Below, piece by piece: positions 59,888 to 64,000 of a stretch of 64,000 nucleotides of DNA (positions are counted from its first letter, which is position 1; each line of letters begins with the position of its first letter). The notes beneath the pieces were generated by a model. That model saw only the letters and a program-made list of their open reading frames with translations. It ran no database searches and was not told the DNA's origin. The stretch lies in NCBI GenBank assembly GCA_004431415.1, contig QPMI01000123.1, forward strand, positions 124,001-188,000, read 5' to 3'. Both the position numbers and the translations under genes were made by a program. Origin of the DNA: Cyanophora paradoxa CCMP329. Taxonomy: Eukaryota; Plantae; Glaucophyta.

Positions 59888-60346
59888 CGCCCCACACCCC
59901 GGCTCTCCGTCGCCCCGCCAACCACGTACCCCGGTACGAGGCCCGGCCCGCGCCCCCGGCCCTGGCGATGCCTGGAGGGGCCCTAATATCGCGCCCGTAG
60001 GGCTGCCGAATCGCTTGGGAGGCGGCGCTGAACGCTGCTCCCGCAGGGCCCCGCCCCCGCCCCCCGCCCCCCGCCAACCACGTACCCCGGTACGAGGCCC
60101 GGCCGCGCCCCGGCCCTGGCTCTGCCGGGCGAGGCCCTAGTATCGCGCCCAGACGGCCGCCAAATCGCTTGGGAGACGGCGCTAACGCTGCTTCCGCAGG
60201 GCCCCCGCCCCCGCCTCCCGCCCCCCGCCAACCACGGCCCCCTGGAGGGCTGCCGAATCGCTTGGGAGGCGGCGCTGAACGCGGTTTCCGCAGGGACCCC
60301 GCCCCCGCCCTGGTTTGGGCGCCCCAAAACCGGGGGCTGACGCTGT
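59888..60346 (-). repeat. Left internal array, about 3 copies of a ~160-bp unit, inverted relative to 61848-62690
   Basis: ccgaatcgcttgggaggcggcgctgaacgc near 60006, 60160 and 60252. Confidence 0.88.
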
Positions 60347-61000
60347 GACGGGCGCGCGGAGCGCATGCAGCGGCCTTTCATAGCCATCGTGGCACTGCGT
60401 GGCAGCGGCCTGCAGCGGCCTTTCATAGCCATTAGTCGAGAACTGCGACAGGAAGCGTGGCACTGCGACATGTTTATTGAGGTTTTAATTTGTACCAAGC
60501 TCTCGACCTAGTATGTTGACATACTATGATACTTGCAAGGATGGCTATGTATTGCAAGGATGAGTGCAAGCTTACTTGTCGGATGTCGACATACTTGCAA
60601 GCTTAAGGGGCCCGCGGCCGGGCCTAGGCCTGGCCATGGGGTTCGGCGCGGGCTTTAGATCTTGATCATCATCTGATTATCGATATCTTGTAATATTCAA
60701 TGATTGATTGATCTTGAACTGCCGCAGTGCGTGATAAATAAGCTTTAAAGCTTCAAACTTCAACGCTTCAACGCTGCGCTCAGCGGCCCGGCGGCTGATT
60801 TTTGTATCATGATCATTTACTCATGATCATGATCAGGATCATGATCACTCACTCAGTGAACATGAAACGCCTGCCGTTGATCCCTCAATGCCGCCTATTC
60901 AATGATTGCCGCAACTTGCCGCGAGTTCTGAGTTGCCGCGAGTTGCCGCGATAAATCGCGGATAATTGGATTGCCGCGATTTCTCGCGGAAACCGCAAGT

Positions 61001-61110
61001 TGCCGCGGGATGCCGCGGGATGCCGCGGGATGCCGCGGGATGCCGCGGGATGCCGCGGGATGCCGCGGAATGCCGCGAGTTGCCGCGAGATGCCGCGAAG
61101 AGCCGCGAAT
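61001..61110 (+). repeat. 10-bp satellite (tgccgcggga)n
   Basis: Six perfect copies at 61001-61060, with degenerate copies on both sides. Confidence 0.95.
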
Positions 61111-61847
61111 CATTCGATTGGCGCGAGATGCCGCAAAATACCGCGGCGATTTTAAGCAATTGCAATGCCGGGAAATACCCAAATAGCGCATGCATGATAT
61201 TGTATTAATTATATATCATTGAATAATTTCATCATGATCATGATCATCGGATTATAATCATTGAATCGGACTCTCCGGGATATCCATCATCGGATCAATA
61301 TATTAATCACTTGAATCATTGAATGGTCAGACTCTGAGAACTATAGCTATAGCTAGTGCCGCAGTGCACGTACGCGTGTTCTTGATCATGATGTAAAACT
61401 TGAATTCGAAACAGCTGAAGCCTTGAAGTGAGCTTCATGATCGATATCAGGCTTGAAAATCTGAAAACATGTACAGCTAATCATGAGCTGTCATGATCAT
61501 GATCAGCCGCTGATCATGAGCTGGGCAGCAGTGTACGTACAGCTGTACAGGCGCTGGCCATGGCTGTACAGCCTGGCAGCTCTTTCACTGATCATGATCA
61601 TGATCATGACTCGCGTGAAGATCACGTCACGGCGTGTACCTAGGAATTATTAACTCGCCGACTCGGCGAGTCGACAGCCCCGGGCCCGCGCATGCCAGGC
61701 CCTACTGACATTTAAGACGTGCGGGCCCTGGATCATCGATATTGGTTACTTCGACGGCGAGCTCGACTCGGCGAGATTCAATTTACCGACCGTAGTGCTA
61801 GCGCGACCGTCGGACCACTACAATTTATGTTCTCACACGCACACGTG

Positions 61848-62690
61848 CAGCGTCAGTCCCGGTTTTGGGGCGCCCAAACCAGGGCGGGGGCGGGGTCCCT
61901 GCGGAAACCGCGTTCAGCGCCGCCTCCCAAGCGATTCGGCAGCCCTCCGGGCGCGTTACTAGGGCCCCGCCAGGCAGCGCCAGGGCCGGGGCGGGGCCGG
62001 GCCTCGTACCGGGGTACGTGGTTGGCGGGGCGACGGAGAGCCGGGGTGTGGGCGGGGCCCTGCGGGAGCAGCGTTCAGCGCCGCCTCCCAAGCGATTCGG
62101 CGGCCCACCGGGCGCGGCACTAAGGCCCCGCCGGCAGAGCCAGGGCCGGGGCGCGGGCCGGGCCTCGTACCGGGTACGTGGTTGGCGGGGGCGGGGGCGG
62201 GGGCGGGGGCCCTGCGGGAGCAGCGTTCAGCGCCGCCTCCCAAGCGATTCGGCAGCCCTACGGGCGCGATATTAGGGCCCTCCAGGCATCGCCAGGGCCG
62301 GGGGCGCGGGCCGGGCCTCGTACCGGGGTACGTGGTTGGCGGGGCGACGGAGAGCCGGGGTGTGGGCGGGGGCCCTACGGGAGCAGCGTTCAGCGCCGCC
62401 TCCAAATCGATTTGGCGGCCGTCTGGGCGCGGTACTAGGGCCCCGCCTGGCAGAGCCAGGGCCGGGGGCGCGGGCCGGGCCTCGCACCGGGGTACGTGGT
62501 TGGCGGGGGGGCGGGGAGGCGGGGGCGGGGGCCCTGCGGAAGCAGCGTTCAGCGCCGTCTCCCAAGCGATTCGGCGGCCGTCTGGGCGCGGTTCTAGGAC
62601 CCCGCCAGGCAGAACCAGGGCCGGGGGCGCGGGCCGGGCCTCGTACCGGGGTACGTGGTTGGCGGGGCGGCGGGGGGCGGGATCCCTGCG
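61848..62690 (+). repeat. Right internal array, about 5 copies of the ~160-bp unit
   Basis: gcgttcagcgccgcctcccaagcgattcgg near 61910, 62071, 62223, 62386 and 62545. Confidence 0.9.
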
Positions 62691-64000
62691 CGAGCGGCGT
62701 CCAGCGTGGCTGACGCCACGCTCAAAAAGACCCTCCGATTGAATATCAAAGAGCGGGCAAAGGCGGCTGGCCCGCGCACCGCGGATACGTGGTTGTGGCG
62801 AAGCGCGCGCGCGCAGGGCATGGGGGCGGCATGCTGCAGCTCGTCGGCGATCCTGGCTCTGACTGCGCAAGACGCCAGCAGCCATTGAGTCCCATGCGTC
62901 GACGGCGAGGTGCCCCCAGAGCACGCGCGGTAACGGAGATCGCCCTGCGCAAATGAGCGCGGGCAGGCCGCGGTCGGCGCTCGGCGCAGGGGGCGGCGCG
63001 GGCGTGTGCAGACCTCAGCGCCGGCTTTTCGGCTCGTGATGGAGCGCGCACGGGATCGCATTGACATGCGGCGGCGGCGCGAGGGCGACGAACCGCCAGA
63101 TGCGCCGCGCCGGATCGCCCGCGGTGAGCGAACCGAGCACGATGCAAAGTGAGCCACGGACCTATAGCAGTAGCTGTACATGTGCCGCGATGTGCGGCGT
63201 GTACTGCGGCGGCGAGCGGGGCCAGATGGAGGCGCCAGATACAGCGGCGGCGCCTGGGGAGTGCGACGCGCTCGAGCGTTTCGCACACCGGGCGATGTGT
63301 GGCTGGAGCTGGTGCCTCGTAACGCTGTCCCCCCGGTTTTGGGCAGCCCCAAAACCGGCGCTGGCGCGGCGGCGGCAGCGCGGAGGACCCGAAGCGGTAC
63401 ACAACGCAATCGTTGCGCTGTACCGCGCATGCATAACGCGACCAGAGCGCTAGCAGCGCGGACTGCATGACGGAATCGCTGTCCCCCCCTCCGCAAGCGG
63501 CGCGCGGGACCTTGGCGCGCGGGCGCGCAGCGGGGATCCGCTAGCAAAAAGGACCTATGCGCGCCGATTCCTAGCACTCGTGTAGCTGTCTTGCCGATCC
63601 CGCGCCGCGAATCCCGCGCCCGCAGTGGTCGAAAACCGATGGTGACGGGGCTAGACGCCGCCTAATGTATCGTGTTCAGTAGCATGCAACCTCCATTACT
63701 GCTATCTGTCGCCTAGCCCGCTGCCCCCCTCGCTGCGCCATCACACAACACATAATTCCCAACCCAATTGCTGTATTAATTTTGGACCAGAATGCGCTCC
63801 TAGATCCCTATTTTTTTTTTTAAGATCTACGGTGGGCGTGCCCACTCGTAGTACACAACGAGGATACAAGTCACGGTATCGGGAATCACAGGGATTCGAA
63901 GTACAACGTAGCGGAAACAGCAGGAACCGAACCCGGGAATCCGGGAGGTCGTAGCACGACCTTATACCGCTAGCACCTAAGGAATTACGATTGTGGTCTA

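Larger units (their letters stand above)
59593..63799. mobile_element. Non-autonomous TIR transposon with foldback-like internal arrays (PIF/Harbinger-like ends, tentative)
   Basis: TIRs of ~295 bp at 59593-59887 and 63506-63799, differing by a 1-nt indel. Ends GAGCGCAT..ATGCGCTC. 3-bp TSD CTA at 59590-59592 and 63800-63802. No transposase recognised. Confidence 0.9.

Noticed and set aside
63811-63822. Poly-T tract as a retroelement tail
   Set aside because: Too little downstream sequence in the window and no TSD or RT evidence.

Overview
This is eukaryotic nuclear DNA, very GC-rich and intron-dense, so the six-frame ORF track is mostly misleading. Gene models were rebuilt by hand from splice sites and protein motifs. 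A peptidoglycan DD-carboxypeptidase (DacB) and Phe-containing plastid transit peptides (MAFS.., MPHAFAFV.., MLSF..) suggest a glaucophyte alga such as Cyanophora (inference). About 20 host genes are present: a PKD-repeat/TRP-like membrane protein, TrmB, an ETR1-type ethylene-receptor hybrid kinase, an orphan cationic-peptide/acidic-repeat protein built from phase-0 micro-exons, F-box, Aur1-type IPC synthase, WDR17, CMC2, a CUE/WW protein, LSM4, a CUB protein, a Trk/HKT transporter, a PDZ protein, LCIB-type theta carbonic anhydrase, an NCL exchanger, DacB, a UIM-like protein, C2orf76-like, UMP synthase and a divergent ferredoxin. Two DNA transposons have clear TIRs and TSDs. A 5.4-kb CACTA element sits in the first pore loop of the Trk gene, and a 4.2-kb foldback-like element lies near the end of the window. 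The best candidate for a new system is the orphan gene at 14471-17061, where short exons encode antimicrobial-peptide-like cationic modules followed by an acidic tail. Also notable are the ethylene receptor with intact Cu-ligand residues and the intron style: frequent GC donors, with C-rich 5' and G-rich 3' arms. All identifications are by eye; no database searches were run.
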